The notes under the pieces are model-generated. The model was given only the letters and a program-made list of their open reading frames with translations. It did not search any database and had not been told where the DNA came from. This document shows, piece after piece, positions 1 to 13,062 of a stretch of DNA of 33,036 nucleotides. Both the position numbers and the translations under genes were made by a program. The stretch comes from Seison nebaliae (Eukaryota), in the NCBI GenBank assembly GCA_023231475.1, contig JALJEE010003119.1:1-33036 (forward strand), written 5' to 3'. Each line of letters starts with the position of its first letter. Positions within the stretch are counted from its first letter, which is position 1.

Positions 1-1
1 T

Positions 2-448
2 ATCATATATGGCGAGCAAACATTAGACGCAGAAAACGTTCATCAACAACTCAACGAGAATATTAACTATGAAAAATCGGAAAACACCTTAAGTAAAAGA
101 AATACAATCGACATCGAAAACATACGGGTAGAAGCAACAGAAGGAGAATCAATCCTGTCCGAGAAGAACGAAGAAAGAAAAAATACAGACTCCCGAGATA
201 AGAACAAGGCAACAAGGGACGATATGATGAAGTTAAAGGCGAGTAAACCACCAGAAGCAGATGAGTTTTGTTTCTGTCACAAGCCAGCCGGAACCAAGAG
301 CTATATCAAATGTGATAACGAGACGTGTCCCATTCAATGAATCCACAAAAGTTGCGCGAAGGTAAAAGGATTCGTCCGGACAAAGTGGTATTGTTCCATT
401 CAATGTAGAGGCCGCCAATATGTGGATGGAAGATGTGTAGACATGTAA
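2..448 (+). pseudogene. 5'-truncated ORF ending in an ING-type PHD finger, interrupted by an in-frame TGA (probable pseudogene or transposon-derived)
   Basis: Frame 2 reads ...EFCFCHKPAGTKSYIKCDNETCPIQ*IHKSCAKVKGFVRTKWYCSIQC. This matches the ING PHD pattern (YCxC..CDNxxCPIEWFHxxC..KWYC) with TGA at 338-340 in the conserved Trp position. TAA at 446-448. Confidence 0.65.
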
Positions 449-975
449 GAAGTAAAGATAGAGAAGCATGACAGCTCATGTGTAAAAAAGGAATGCAACG
501 AAGAATTCACACGCAGTTCAGTTAATATAAAAGAAGAAACTATTACGGGGACCACTTCGTTTTCTATTATTCAACTATATTTTCTGTTTCGACATAAATA
601 AATATTATTTATATAAACGGACCTTTACATATGTATAAAGCTGGACGGAAACGAATTTTTAGCAAGTTAGGATATCACGACTTTATCTATGAAATTTTAA
701 TGTTCATTATTCACGTGATATCCATATTTTTCTGCGATATTATGTATAAAAAGTGAATAGAATAATACCTAAAAAAGTGAACACAGATGCAACATCAGTT
801 ATCGACTGTTAAGAGTTAAAAGAAAAAATAAAATTTGTTAGTCTAAAAAATAAGACCGTAACCCAGAGCTTTGAAATTGAATAATAGTACAAAAATTATC
901 TTATTTACGAAGAAAAATATTGTAGATGTATTATTGTCATGGCTACCGGTCGCATGGAGATATTCTCTATTACGG

Positions 976-3389
976 ATGATTATGAATACAGTAGAAGGAG
1001 GAGACAATCTGTCAAATTTATTGGCGGAAACAATACAACAAGAAAGAAGGAGAACTGATCAATACAAAAGTTTATATGAACAATTAAAGATTGAATTGGA
1101 AAAGTTTTCCTTAAATTTTTAAAATATATTCCTTACTACTCTGTTGAAAAAGTTTACGGGATAACCACCAGCGATTAGAAGATGAACTACAGAATAGTGA
1201 AAACGAAAAGAAAATGTTATCGGAAAAATTTAAAAAATGTTTAGAAACTCAACAAGAAGAATGTGACAGATTAAGAATAGATAATGATTCTTTGCAACAG
1301 GATGTTTGGACTGATGAACGACTACGACTCGAGTTCCACGAAATGGAAAACCAAGCGGCTCATAAGTGGAAACTAGAGATAGAATCGTTGAAAAAGATAA
1401 TTCATCAACTTGAAAACGAGTTGGAAGACAAGGGAAAATTTCATGATAAGCAGATGAACGATGAAATTGGTAAAAGAAAACGTCTCGCAGAGGAACTTGA
1501 AGATGCTCAAAATAAATTTAACGAAAATCTTAACAACTTAGTTGAACAACAGAAACATCAACAACAAAAGTATTTAGAACATCAACTGATCGAAGCACAA
1601 AAACTGCATGATGACGCCACAGGAAGTACGAGTGAAATTGTCTTAAAATTACAAAAGAAACTTCAGATAAGTGAAGAAAGAATGCAAACACTCAAACTCG
1701 AAAAAGACCAACTTCTATTGGAGAAGTTGGAAGGAGAAGATCAATTAAATGTATTAGAAAGAAGAATACAGCATATCAGTAAAGATCAACATCGTGATTT
1801 CGAAGGATTAATGAGTGAGAATTCGCATCAGAAAGATATAGTAATGAAATTAAAAATTGAAATTGATGAATCTCGAAATGAGATTACACAACTTCGAAAA
1901 CAATTAACACAAAGACAATTACAAATTGAGGATTTACATTTGGAAAAAGATAAAATCGGACAAGAACTCAAACAACAGCAATTACATAATGCGATAGATG
2001 TTGATGATAAACTGGAAACAATTAGGAATGAATCAGAGTTGTATAAGAAAAAATTAGGAAGTTTAAAATTTTTAAATTATTTTTTATTTTTTAATTTACT
2101 TCCAGGCGAGGAAGATAAGAATAAGCGTCTTTTAAAGAATATAGACCAAAGAGATAAAATGATGACGACTATTGATCAGGAATGGAATAAACAATACAAA
2201 CAACTACAAGAAAAAGAATGGAGTCGTGCTGCTCAATTGGAAGCAGAGAAAATTCAACTCGATAATGACAAAATTGAATTGATTAAAGAAAATCAGGAAT
2301 TGAAGAATGAATTGGAATTGGGAAACAACACATTAAAAAAAAAAGTATTGCAAATTGAAACTGAGAACGAAACATATCAATGTCGAATAAAAGATTTACA
2401 GTTTATTTTTTCTCTCATATTATTCGTTCAACATTATTTCATTTTCAGAGAAGAATTAACGTTGAAAGAAGTTGAGTTAAATAATTTGAATGATAATCAG
2501 AAGAATTTCATCAAACTGGAACATGAAATACGGAAGAAGAATTTAGAAATCGATGAATGTCGAAATATTGAAAATGAACTTCAACGACTTAATACTCTTC
2601 TGATGAATAAAATTAAAATATTGGAAGAGCAAAAACCGGAATCGGGAAAAGTACAACAAATTATCCAATACGATCAATCAACACAAAATATGAGAAGTGA
2701 ATTCGAGAAAATAATAGAGCAGCAACGAAAGGAAATAAAGAAAATCAAAACCGAGAAAAAAAAAGCTCTTCAATTACTAAAAAAAACGTTCGGTAAATAT
2801 CAAGAAAAATTGAATGAAAAGAGTTCTGAAAAGTTTCAATAATTTAATTTATTTTAATTCAAATCTAATAATTCAATTTTATTCAAGTCATACCTTTAAT
2901 GAGTCTATGGATAAGTTGAAAGACCTACAAAAAAGACATCGACAATTTCGACAACTTCTTCAAAATCCTCCAACCTCATTTAATACCGTCAATGACTTTG
3001 ATTATAATATCAATGATATGAAGGACAAAGAATTGGATTTGAAATTAAATTTATTAAGTGGAAGAATGCATAATTTGGAAAATCATCAAAATATTTATTT
3101 AGATCGTTTACAATCAAACGAAACCGTCAAATATGGAATTAGTCGGCCTTCCACCAGATCTCATTCTCAACGACGTTTCTCGTCAGACACTCCAACTCCT
3201 GAATTGATGTCGGCCATTTCATTCTCTGATGAAATTTCCACTAAAGGAAAATATTCTCGACGTGCGAAATCTTCTGAGAAACAATTTTTAAGTCCTATTT
3301 CAGAGAGAAGTTATTTGTCAAACCGAATACCAATCGATCCAACTGTTAGTCTCATCTCACCATTGACATCAACGAAACCATCGAATTAA
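976..3389 (+). CDS. CEP83: Centrosomal protein CEP83/CCDC41-like coiled-coil protein (at least 5 exons)
   Basis: N-terminus ERRRTDQYKSLYEQLKIELENLRDNHQRLEDELQNSENEKKMLSEKF resembles the CEP83 N-terminus (ERLRCEHHKANYQTLKAEH..LQNEL). Frame-consistent introns at 1104-1152, 2061-2105, 2401-2448 and 2833-2887. The start is uncertain: a possible extra exon 787-814 splices in frame to 926. Confidence 0.7.
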
Positions 3390-3715
3390 CTAAAGTGTGA
3401 AAAGAATAATTATAATTGTGGAACGTTAAATCAAAATCGTTGACTATAAAACTTTCTTTAGTAGTAGATCAGTAAGACTAATCGAACTTTAAATGTTATA
3501 TAATCATTAAAATTCATAAAAATTATTTCATCATAAAAATTTGATATGATAATATGAAATGGAAATATTACTAACTATTTATGATTTAATAAAATATCTT
3601 CATTTTCTTGAAATTACGTTCTGATCCTTCGTTTAATCATCTACAATAGAATTTGGAAAATAAATTAATTAGAAAAATGTTCACTATTTTATATTTCTCA
3701 TTCATTAAATTTAAT

Positions 3716-3803
3716 TATTCAGTTGCCTTATTAAAAGGACAAAATTTTACTTTTAAAATCATATTACTTCTCATACTGGGGCGGTAATGTGTTCATCATT
3801 TGA
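3716..3803 (-). ncRNA. Box C/D snoRNA, U31/snR67-type guide for LSU rRNA P-loop Gm (yeast Gm2619, E. coli G2251 equivalent), copy 2
   Basis: On the minus strand: C box ATGATGA (3793-3799), guide TACCGCCCCAGT complementary to the conserved LSU sequence ACUGGGGCGGUA, D' box ATGA, D box CTGA (3719-3722). The +5 rule gives the second G of UGGGG. Confidence 0.88.
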
Positions 3804-3980
3804 AAGAAATAAAAAATTAAAATCAATTAATATTAACGTTTAAATTTGCTCGTTCATACCATCCATCCCATCTGAAATTCTCTATTCGCATCTTCAGTCG
3901 AATTCCATCTAAAATAAAAATAGAGATATGTAAAATATTGGTATATACTAAAATGGGAAAATATCGAGAAATAAGTGAAA

Positions 3981-4073
3981 TAATCAGATCCAATACATTT
4001 GTATTGGACGAAAATACTTTTAAAATCTTAGAAAATTTCCTCATACTGGGGCGGTATAATTATCATCATATTT
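3981..4073 (-). ncRNA. Box C/D snoRNA, U31/snR67-type guide, copy 1
   Basis: C box ATGATGA (4063-4069), identical 12-nt guide plus ATGA D' box, GATTTTAAAAGTA shared with copy 2, internal hairpin TCCAATAC-AAAT-GTATTGGA, D box CTGA (3984-3987). Confidence 0.88.
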
Positions 4074-4309
4074 AACTAATAGTCCAAAAAGAAGCAAAGT
4101 TCAGTTAATAATAACCATTAGAAATTTGACTGTTACTTTCATCAAATCTAAAAAAGAGAAATAAAATATCGTAAAAAAATTTAAAAACAATGTTCATCAA
4201 AAGTGTCCGTTAAGGTGAGAATGATATTGTAAATAAATTTTTTATTTGATGAATATAATTAAAAAGATATTATAAGGTTGTTGTTCTACATTCTATTCGT
4301 CAAATAGAT

Positions 4310-4798
<489 letters not shown>

Positions 4799-5557
4799 TG
4801 TTGATTAGAAAGATACTAAAGAAAAGATTTAACACAATATCTAATTTGAATGAAATATAAGATCAGTAAAAGAACTCTAATTCGAAATAAGAAAAATGTA
4901 TAAATAAGTTACAGAAATAACTTCTTCTGCAGCAACAAATCTCTTTCACACACACGAGGCAGCGATATTAATTCATAGACGAACCATAAAATCGTCAGAA
5001 GTTATTAAAAGATTGTACTGGAAACATTAATATCATTAAACGTTCAAAAATTTAGCTTTGATTCAATGCTGCTAAATAATAAGAAAATGCAATGACAAAA
5101 TAGTTTAAGCTTAAGATTAAAATTTTTTAAATTTTTAAAATCAATCCGTTACATGAAATGTCAGATACCAAATTAACTACATGTTCAAATTTTAAATGCA
5201 GAAAAATACTTCTGTACTAATAGGTATTTCGTCGTTAGTTTTTCTTGAATAATTCGAGGACGATAAAAAATTGAAATGAAGTTCAAATTTTAAAGTTTAA
5301 ATTAATCTGTTTTGTTTTATATAGAGAATTAATAAATTGGTATGAATATGATTTCTTTTAATTAATTAAGAAAATATAACTATATAATATGTTTATAGGA
5401 GCGGAGGAAGAAATTAATCGGAAAAAAAACTTTCATATTATATTTCAGGAATGAATATTGTATAAGAGAAATGGAGTTGTTGAATGAGTAGATATAATGG
5501 CGAAATAAGAAACGTTATGATAATAGATGGACTTTTCGATGGAAAAGAAAATACTGT

Positions 5558-7324
5558 TCAATTTGCCATTTTATTGACGTACATTATTAAAGGAATGTCC
5601 TTACCATTTGATTGAATATTATTTTTTTTGGTGGGTTCCTGTTCTTTAGTACCGTCAGCAAGATTGAGACGTGAAAATTCTTCGTGATCTCCATTGAAAT
5701 GAGCAATTCTCCTTCTATTGTACTTCGTATCTTCTGTCGCTCCACAGTAGATTAAAGTAGAGAAACGAAGACCATTGAATTCATGAACGAATGTTAAAAG
5801 GAAGAAAGTGTAGAAGACGATTGTCATCCATTCGAAGACTGCACCGAATTTATTGCAAACCGTATAGAATTGAATAGACGATTTATCAGCATATTGCTCT
5901 TTAATGTTATTAAAATTATCTGCAGCAGTAGTAATGTTGATGGGTTGACGGAATAGATTGATTGAACCCAAAATATTTGGAGAATTCTTTGTTGGAGAAG
6001 TAATATCCCAGAGCGTATCAGTATAATGAATTAAATTTGTCATATACCAATATGCTTCATCCGGATGCCACTCGTTCGGTATAAGACGTTTCGGAGCTTC
6101 CAATATATTATACTCGATCAATTTCGTCCATAAGAAACATACGTAAGTGCCCACCATACAAACGACACTACCGAAATTTATAAGAATTCTTATGAATTTC
6201 ACTCGCAAATGCCAATTAACTCGATCAGGTTCGTGCAAATGTCTCATACGTAAATAGGCAGTATAACGATGATGGTAGTAACTGGCCACTTCGTCAGCTC
6301 GACCACAACCAAAATTGCAATCTTTATCTCCCGCCTGATGAGATTGAAATGATATTCAATGTAATTTTAAAGAAAAACAAACACGTCGTACATGTTTAAT
6401 ATTAGTGCTAAATGTATGATCTCTTTCTGTTTCAACTGTCAATTGATGTTGTATATCCTTATTAATGTGTTTGAGATTTCTTTTTAAATTGATCCGTTTT
6501 TGTCGAATTTTATCATAATTGGCAATGTTTTGGGGTGGATGCCAAGTAATTATGAGATGTAAAACAAATATGGCAGTACCGGAATTGAAGGCCATTGTCA
6601 CACCCAAATAATGAATAAGTGGTAATTCATTTTTCTAAAAATTTCAATATTCGAATTTTTAAATTGGAATGAAATTGAAATGAAACTTGAAAATTTCCAA
6701 AAATCGTTACTCCAATAAATGTTACGAGAGACAACATATGACAAATGGAATTCATTATCTTGAATCTCTTTTTGAGATTTAATGCTTGAACATATTTATA
6801 CCGGAAATATAAAGTCATTAATTCTAAAACGATTTTCCAAAAATGAAAATTGATTAAATTTGAAATGTAAAGAAATTTAACGCATCAATGCAGTTATGCA
6901 AACGAATTCACTAAAAATGGCATTTTCGGGTGGGAACATTGCCGTTTCACTGTACATTTTGGAATGACTTAAAAATATTTATAATAAATGAAAAAAACCT
7001 GATAAATGGGAAACCGAGCCAATTGATATGACCTTGAAAACACGATACAGCATATGGAACTACGGCCGCTGTAAATGTTGTTATTGCTGTGGCAATTGGT
7101 AACCATCTCATATCACGAAATAGCCAACAACACCAACAGAAACAGAATTCATTTTCACCATAATCATCGTCATCGTCAGTTTCAGCCCACATATCTGTGT
7201 TGAATAATGGCTGCATAGCAGAAGTAGCATTGTTTGTTGAACCATTAGAATCGATTTGAGATTGCCTTTGATTATTATTCTCGTACGTATCCATATCGTC
7301 GGTGTTGTTGTTGCTGTTAATCAT
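5558..7324 (-). CDS. DRAM/TMEM150 (Frag1/DRAM/Sfk1 family) multi-pass membrane protein (5 exons)
   Basis: Spliced product contains PFISETAMFPPENAIF, YFRYKYV, GNFQKNELPLIHYLGVTMAF and AVFEW..FYTFFLLTFVHEF, which are family motifs. Four frame-consistent GTT introns. Confidence 0.85.
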
Positions 7325-9584
7325 TCTCGTAAATTTTTCGTCGTTATAAAAGATCTTCTTATATCTTTTGAGTTATGATGTCGATAAAGAAATTTGGGGC
7401 ATATACGGTCAAAAGGCCCATCCCATCTTTTCATTATAAAAATTTTTATAATCATTCCAGAGAAAAAGAGAAAGAGTATTATAAATGCTCCCTCATCATA
7501 AGTCCGATTTCTTTCTCCGATTCATTTAAATAAAATATGAACGAGAAAAAACATATGAACTTTTATGGAGAATGATGAACATTGTCCAAACATTAAAAAA
7601 GTTTCAATTGATCAGTCATTCAAATTAAAATGACAATAATTTCTCATATTCGATTATACGATAGAAAATAATCGAATAGAAAATTCTGATTAGTTATTAA
7701 TTAAGCATGACATAATAAGTATACAATAGTCATATGTATAATAATGGTTTTTTCTTTTTTAAATTAGAAAAAGAGTTAAAAGTAATAAAGTAAACTAGTT
7801 GAACGTATGTGATACCTAAAACAGTGTTGTTTTTTTGTTGAATCGGACTATAGAATGTGGGAAGATATACATCTAACATACTGATCATTTACTATAACAT
7901 TAGGCATATAGTCGCTAAACGGATGGGAGAGAAGAGGAGTTATAAAAATTTAATTTATCTTCAACAAAGAGAGTTTTGTCCAATGGAAGGTAAGAGAGAA
8001 CTCGCAATCAGTCTCTTTTTTGACAATACGAAAGGAAAGATAACATAAAGAATAGAGTAGGAGAGATAATAAAAATAATTTAACTGTGAAGGCAATGATC
8101 ATATTAAAGAAACAGAGAGTTCTCTTCAAACTGAGGGGAAGTATGTCTACTGTTCACTCTTCTCTTGTGGGAAGACAACGAAGGTCGATGTTAGAAAAAG
8201 AAAGTTGAATCAGGCGGCCTTCTCACTTTCTTTTAAACGTTTTCTCCCCAACTTTGACGTAATCATTCCATGCTAACATTTCTCGTCAGGTATGATAGTA
8301 TGAAATTTTTTTGTTGATTCCTCTCATTTTTTAATGATTATCCCCATTATGATTTTTTCCTAACGTGTTTCGATTTTCGTGTTTTTGGGAATTGGACGTC
8401 TTTTGAGAAACGAATGTACGAAGACGTTTAGAGATACATGATAGATTAGTAAGAAATTTGTGAAGGTGAAAAAGAGAGAGATTAGAAGAATGATAAACAA
8501 CAGCGTTCGTTGTCAATATGTTGAGTGTTCATTGGTGAGAAGACGAATGAATCCCAAAAAATTCAACTTAACAAAATTTGTAAAATTGATGAAATTTGAA
8601 TAATTAGAAATGGAATTTTGAAATGATTCGAAGATATTTTAAAGAATTCAAATTATAAATCGACAGTCACACTATAAACTGTTACTCAACATTCTCCTAG
8701 ATGATAACTGACACTTGTCCATCGCTCAATTCAGTATGTTTACTTAACTCTGCCGTTTAGACGGAACATGTCTTTGCATATGTTTAATATTCAAGAAATT
8801 TTGAAGGAGTTGTTATGTGTAAGAGTGTCTACTTGGTGATCATGTTCATCTTATATCACTCATTTAATGACCCAAGTTTTTAATTTTAACTTCTTACGTT
8901 AGATAAAATTCAAACATCAAATACTTTGAATGTCTAAAAATGAATCTTTCACTTCTACATTAACGAAGCATCATCATCCGTTGTCAGAATTGGGTGTTTA
9001 TGGTCGAACGTTTACCATTGCACCTCGAATGATCATATCATATTCAATATCATTTAATATTAGATAAATCTTTCTCATTTGTTTGCGTAAGACGATGAAT
9101 AAGAAATTGAAAATTATACAAGTCTGTCGCTTTTCTTATATATTCCTCTTGGTACACACGAAGAAATGAGAGTTAGTACTACAGTTTTATGAAGCAAAAG
9201 TAATCGGTCTTCATAAAAAGAAAAGTCATTTGATTTAATTACAAATAAATAATATTTCAAGTGGTTCTGATAAAAGAGGGCGCATTTGAAGATAGATAAT
9301 TTCGAAATGAAAACAAAAAATGGGCATTATAGAAACGAACATAAATATATACTGCGTTCAGAAATTTTAAAGACAATCATAATACATGGTAAACTTGAAA
9401 AGTCCAAATTTTTGTTCGGAAATTTAAAAAAGTCCGGTTATAAAACCGTTTAGAGTAGAAATAATTAAATTTATAATAATATTACCATTCATCAAAATTT
9501 AATTTATCAGAATGATCTAATGTGTATATGTAATCTTTGAAATGTTTATCTCACTAAACACATTCCTCCTTTCAAAACGTAGTT

Positions 9585-10509
9585 CTAATTGTTGAATGTT
9601 GAGGACGAAGGACTATCGAGAACAGAATTCTTTTCTAATCTTTTCGATAATTTTGATTCAGCTGAAATGGGTAAAGTTGATTTGAATTGATGAATTTTTA
9701 ATGTTTTGTTGTATTTCATTTGCTGATTTCGTTGAAGGTCCTTTTTCTTAATATCGATTCGACGACCATCCATATTATAAAAGATTGCACGATAAATACG
9801 CGGATTTTTCGGCTTCTCCAACTTCGACTTAAATGGTTTCTTTAACGTTCTTCCTTTCTGCAAATTCGATGCTGAGTAACGCGAATAAGAGTTTTGGTAA
9901 TTTCTTTTCTTCGTTTGTTTTCCTTCCAACCCATCATTCGTCTCTGATCGGATACGACGACCATTCGCATCGTATAAAGTCAAAGAAGTTAAAGCCTTTT
10001 TAGGAATTTGATTTCGCTGTTGTGCTATGATATCCTCATAACGACGACACAACATTTTCCTTTGCTTATCATCTAAGTTCTCTCCTCGTTTCAAATCATT
10101 TTCGTTCGTTATAATTCGACCATTCATGTCACAATTTACGGCACGACCTTTCCTGTTATGGCAATTTTCATCGTCATCATGGAAATCACTACGACTATTT
10201 ATTCCGTTCATTTTCATTCCATTTTTATAGTGAGATCCATATCTGTTCCTTAAATTATTGAGACTGTCATTGGTTGGAAAATTATCATTATCAAAATTCG
10301 GATTATCATTATTGAGTGAATTATCATTATTCAAACCATGATTTCTATTATTTGAATTATTGTCATTATTGAAATTATTATCATTGTTGTTGGGATAATT
10401 ATTATTATTAATATTTTGGTTGCTGTTGGGCTGATTATTATTATTGTTATTGTTGTTGCTGTTGTGATAATTATTATTATTATTATTATTATTGTGCTTG
10501 CTGTTGTAC

Positions 10510-10546
<37 letters not shown>

Positions 10547-12326
10547 CTTCCGAATAGTCATTACGGAAAGTTAAATTATTATGAGCAAATGAAGATTTTG
10601 GAGAATAATGAAAATTATCATCATATGATTCATTCATCAGTTGCTTTTCATTTTGCCGATTATTGATTGCTAAATTTTTTGCATTCAATTGATTCAATGA
10701 TGAATACTTCATTTGATATTTGGAGTTTGGATCATTCATTGGACCCAAATACGAATGTCTCATATCATTTTTTGTTCCTGTTTTGTCCGATTTATTTCGA
10801 GTGTCCATTGTTGTTACACTTCGAACGATATCATCACCCATATTGGAGCGATTAAATAAAGGCGTTAAATAAACTTTCGGTTGCACTGGATAATTCAATT
10901 TCTGTCCGGGAATAACTACGGATTGACGTTCTTTTTCTGAAACATTTTGACAATACAAATTAAAATTTGGTTTGGATTCGGAAGTTTCCTCCGCTGGTTT
11001 CTTTACTAATTTATTATCAATCAAGTGTTCATCCAGTTTCAATTTTTTTGAAACTAATTTTTCTGGCCTACATAATTCATTGTCCTCATCCAAAAATCTA
11101 CCATTAATATCACAAGCTCTTGGTTTCCTTTTACCTTTCTTCTTTTTCTTACGTTTTTCGACTGGTTCTTCAGTTTCTGTCGGCTTTTTCGATTGAACTC
11201 TTTCCGGTTTATCTTCATTTGATGATTCAATTGGAGATTCATGTACGGATGGCGGTTTTTGGATAATAAAATTTCTTTCGGATTCCACCGACATTGGAGT
11301 TGCAGCTATCAAACAGAAGGAGAAGAAATCGTATTCGAATTTAATTTAAAAAAAGTTGAGTTTAACTTTTCTGTCTTATTAATTCTTTCTCATCATCAAC
11401 ATTCTTATCTATCATAATAAATATTTATCAATAATCATTAAATTTGAAAAATAACTTCGACAGCATTTACAGCATTTGTGAGGGCAACAACAACAAAATA
11501 CAATTAGCAATATAATAGCTAATAACGCCAATGCACCGAGAATTCCAGCTATAATATAAATGGTTTCGTTGCCTAATGAAAATTATAAAATATTTGAATA
11601 TGAAAGAAAAAATTATTTTGAGAACTTAATCCGGATTTTGTCGTTGCTGTTGTGGAGAGTGTTGTGGTGGTGGTAGTAGTAGTTGTAGTAGTGGTAGTTG
11701 TTGTAGTAGTAGTTGTGGTGGTGGTTGTAGTCGTCGTAGTAGTTGAAGTGGTACTAGTACAAATAAAATCGAGATTCGGTACAGAACCTGCCGCAAATAC
11801 AGTTGGGTTTGGTTGAGCAAATGTTTGTGGACAAGAGTAGTCACATGCATCATCTTCTGGTATTTGGAAAATTTCATTTGTTTCCACAATTTCAATTCGG
11901 ATCTGAAAAAGAAATTTTAAATTTATAATAAACATAATCAAATCGAACTTTATCATAACACCAATTATCAGCTGCATCTACATCAACTCTTATATTTGTA
12001 ATTGTTCCAAATAGATTTCGTGCCGTTCCTTCCAACTCATTTACTGTGTTATATGAAAAAATATTCGCTCCATTTAAGTCGTTCGCAGCACCGTGGAAAG
12101 TAAACGTTTTACTTTTACTCGATCCTTCAATGACAATATGAACTTCGTTTAAGGAGTCAGCATCATTTTTGGCGATACTGGTGAGAATTGTAAATTTTAA
12201 GTTAATATCTTTTCAATATTAGCAGTAAGTGAAAGAAGTTAAAATAAAAAAATGAATGTAACCGATTGTGTGATGAAGATAGAATTGACATAGAATTATA
12301 AGTAAATATATCAGTCTATATTCCAT
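9585..12326 (-). CDS. Type I membrane protein: signal peptide, PLAT/LH2-like domain, poly-Thr stalk, TM helix, Cys cluster, long Asn-rich cytoplasmic tail (6 exons)
   Basis: Spliced sequence MEYRLIYLLIILCQFYLHHTIDINLKFTILTS..EVHIVIEG..FGTITNIRVDVDAADNWCYDKIRIEIV, then a Thr run, then IYIIAGILGALALLAIILLIVFCCCCPHKCCKCCR, joined to the 575-aa ORF. Five phase-consistent GTT introns. The PLAT call is by motif resemblance only. Confidence 0.75.
10310..10545. repeat. (TTA/TTG)n trinucleotide low-complexity tract encoding poly-Asn
   Basis: Runs of ttattatta inside the 575-aa ORF. Confidence 0.9.
11640..11760. repeat. (GTN)n tract encoding the poly-Thr mucin-like stalk
   Basis: gtagtagttgtagtagtggt...; translates to about 30 Thr on the minus strand. 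Confidence 0.9.
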
Positions 12327-13062
12327 AATAAGTCACATATCATATCTACGGAAATCTAATATTGACGAGAAGGAATCATAATGTTGCTAAAATTATTATT
12401 AACGATATTGATGGGAATGGAAGAAATAATGCTCGATAAGATCAATAACAAATTTGTTTAGAGTAAAACTTTAAATTAAGAGAGAAAAGGTCATTTTCGT
12501 TTATTGTTGAGATTTTGTAAACGAATATGTCCAAATATTCTCAATTTCTAAGAGCTTCTTACGAACAAGTTTATGATTGTTTCATGAAATTTTTTTGAAG
12601 TATTAATAAACGATACACACTTCATCCAAATAATGTAAATAGTGGGGAAATATGGTAGCGAGTCCTCTGGACATCGTTTGCACGACTTGCAGCAATATGA
12701 AGTGAGGAGGAAAAGTTATTTTGAGGAAGTCGTCAATCGTCTTGTTTTATAAAAAATATTCAAATTCAACAATGTCTACGGACAAGGAATAGAGTATGTA
12801 AAACGAATAAAGATGGATGACGTCGAATTGGAATGGATTCCAAAATATATCGTTGACAAAATAAAAAGGGAAATTCACAATTTTAACTGAAGTTAAATGA
12901 TTAAATAAGGTAGAGGATCGATGCATATCAATATCTACATTCTTCTTCATTCCATTTTTCAAGTGGGACTACAATAGAATATGAGAAATAATGTTTTTGT
13001 TAGTTAATTTATTTATGTTTAGGACATTTATTCCCATTATTTCTTTAGATTTCTTCCAATCT

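Larger units (their letters stand above)
3560..4225 (-). ncRNA. Putative spliced non-coding snoRNA host transcript (ends approximate)
   Basis: GTT...AG introns at 4148-4188, 3909-4115 and 3641-3837; the two long ones each hold one snoRNA. The spliced exons contain only very short ORFs. Confidence 0.55.

Noticed and set aside
338..340. TGA=Trp alternative genetic code, suggested by the PHD finger
   Set aside because: TGA is the apparent true stop of the genes ending at 5558, 13063 and 27759, and intact genes use TGG for Trp throughout.
926..1058. Overlapping uORFs (ATG 926 and ATG 939) before CEP83
   Set aside because: The true start and first exon are unresolved; a possible upstream exon 787-814 would make these ATGs internal.
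4101..4200. Third C/D snoRNA (TTGATGA twice, CTGA) on the minus strand
   Set aside because: No recognisable guide; better explained as a short intron plus exon of the host transcript.
7571..7689. C/D snoRNA candidate (ATGATGA...CTGA) on the + strand
   Set aside because: No recognisable rRNA/snRNA guide or host intron; such boxes arise by chance in AT-rich DNA.
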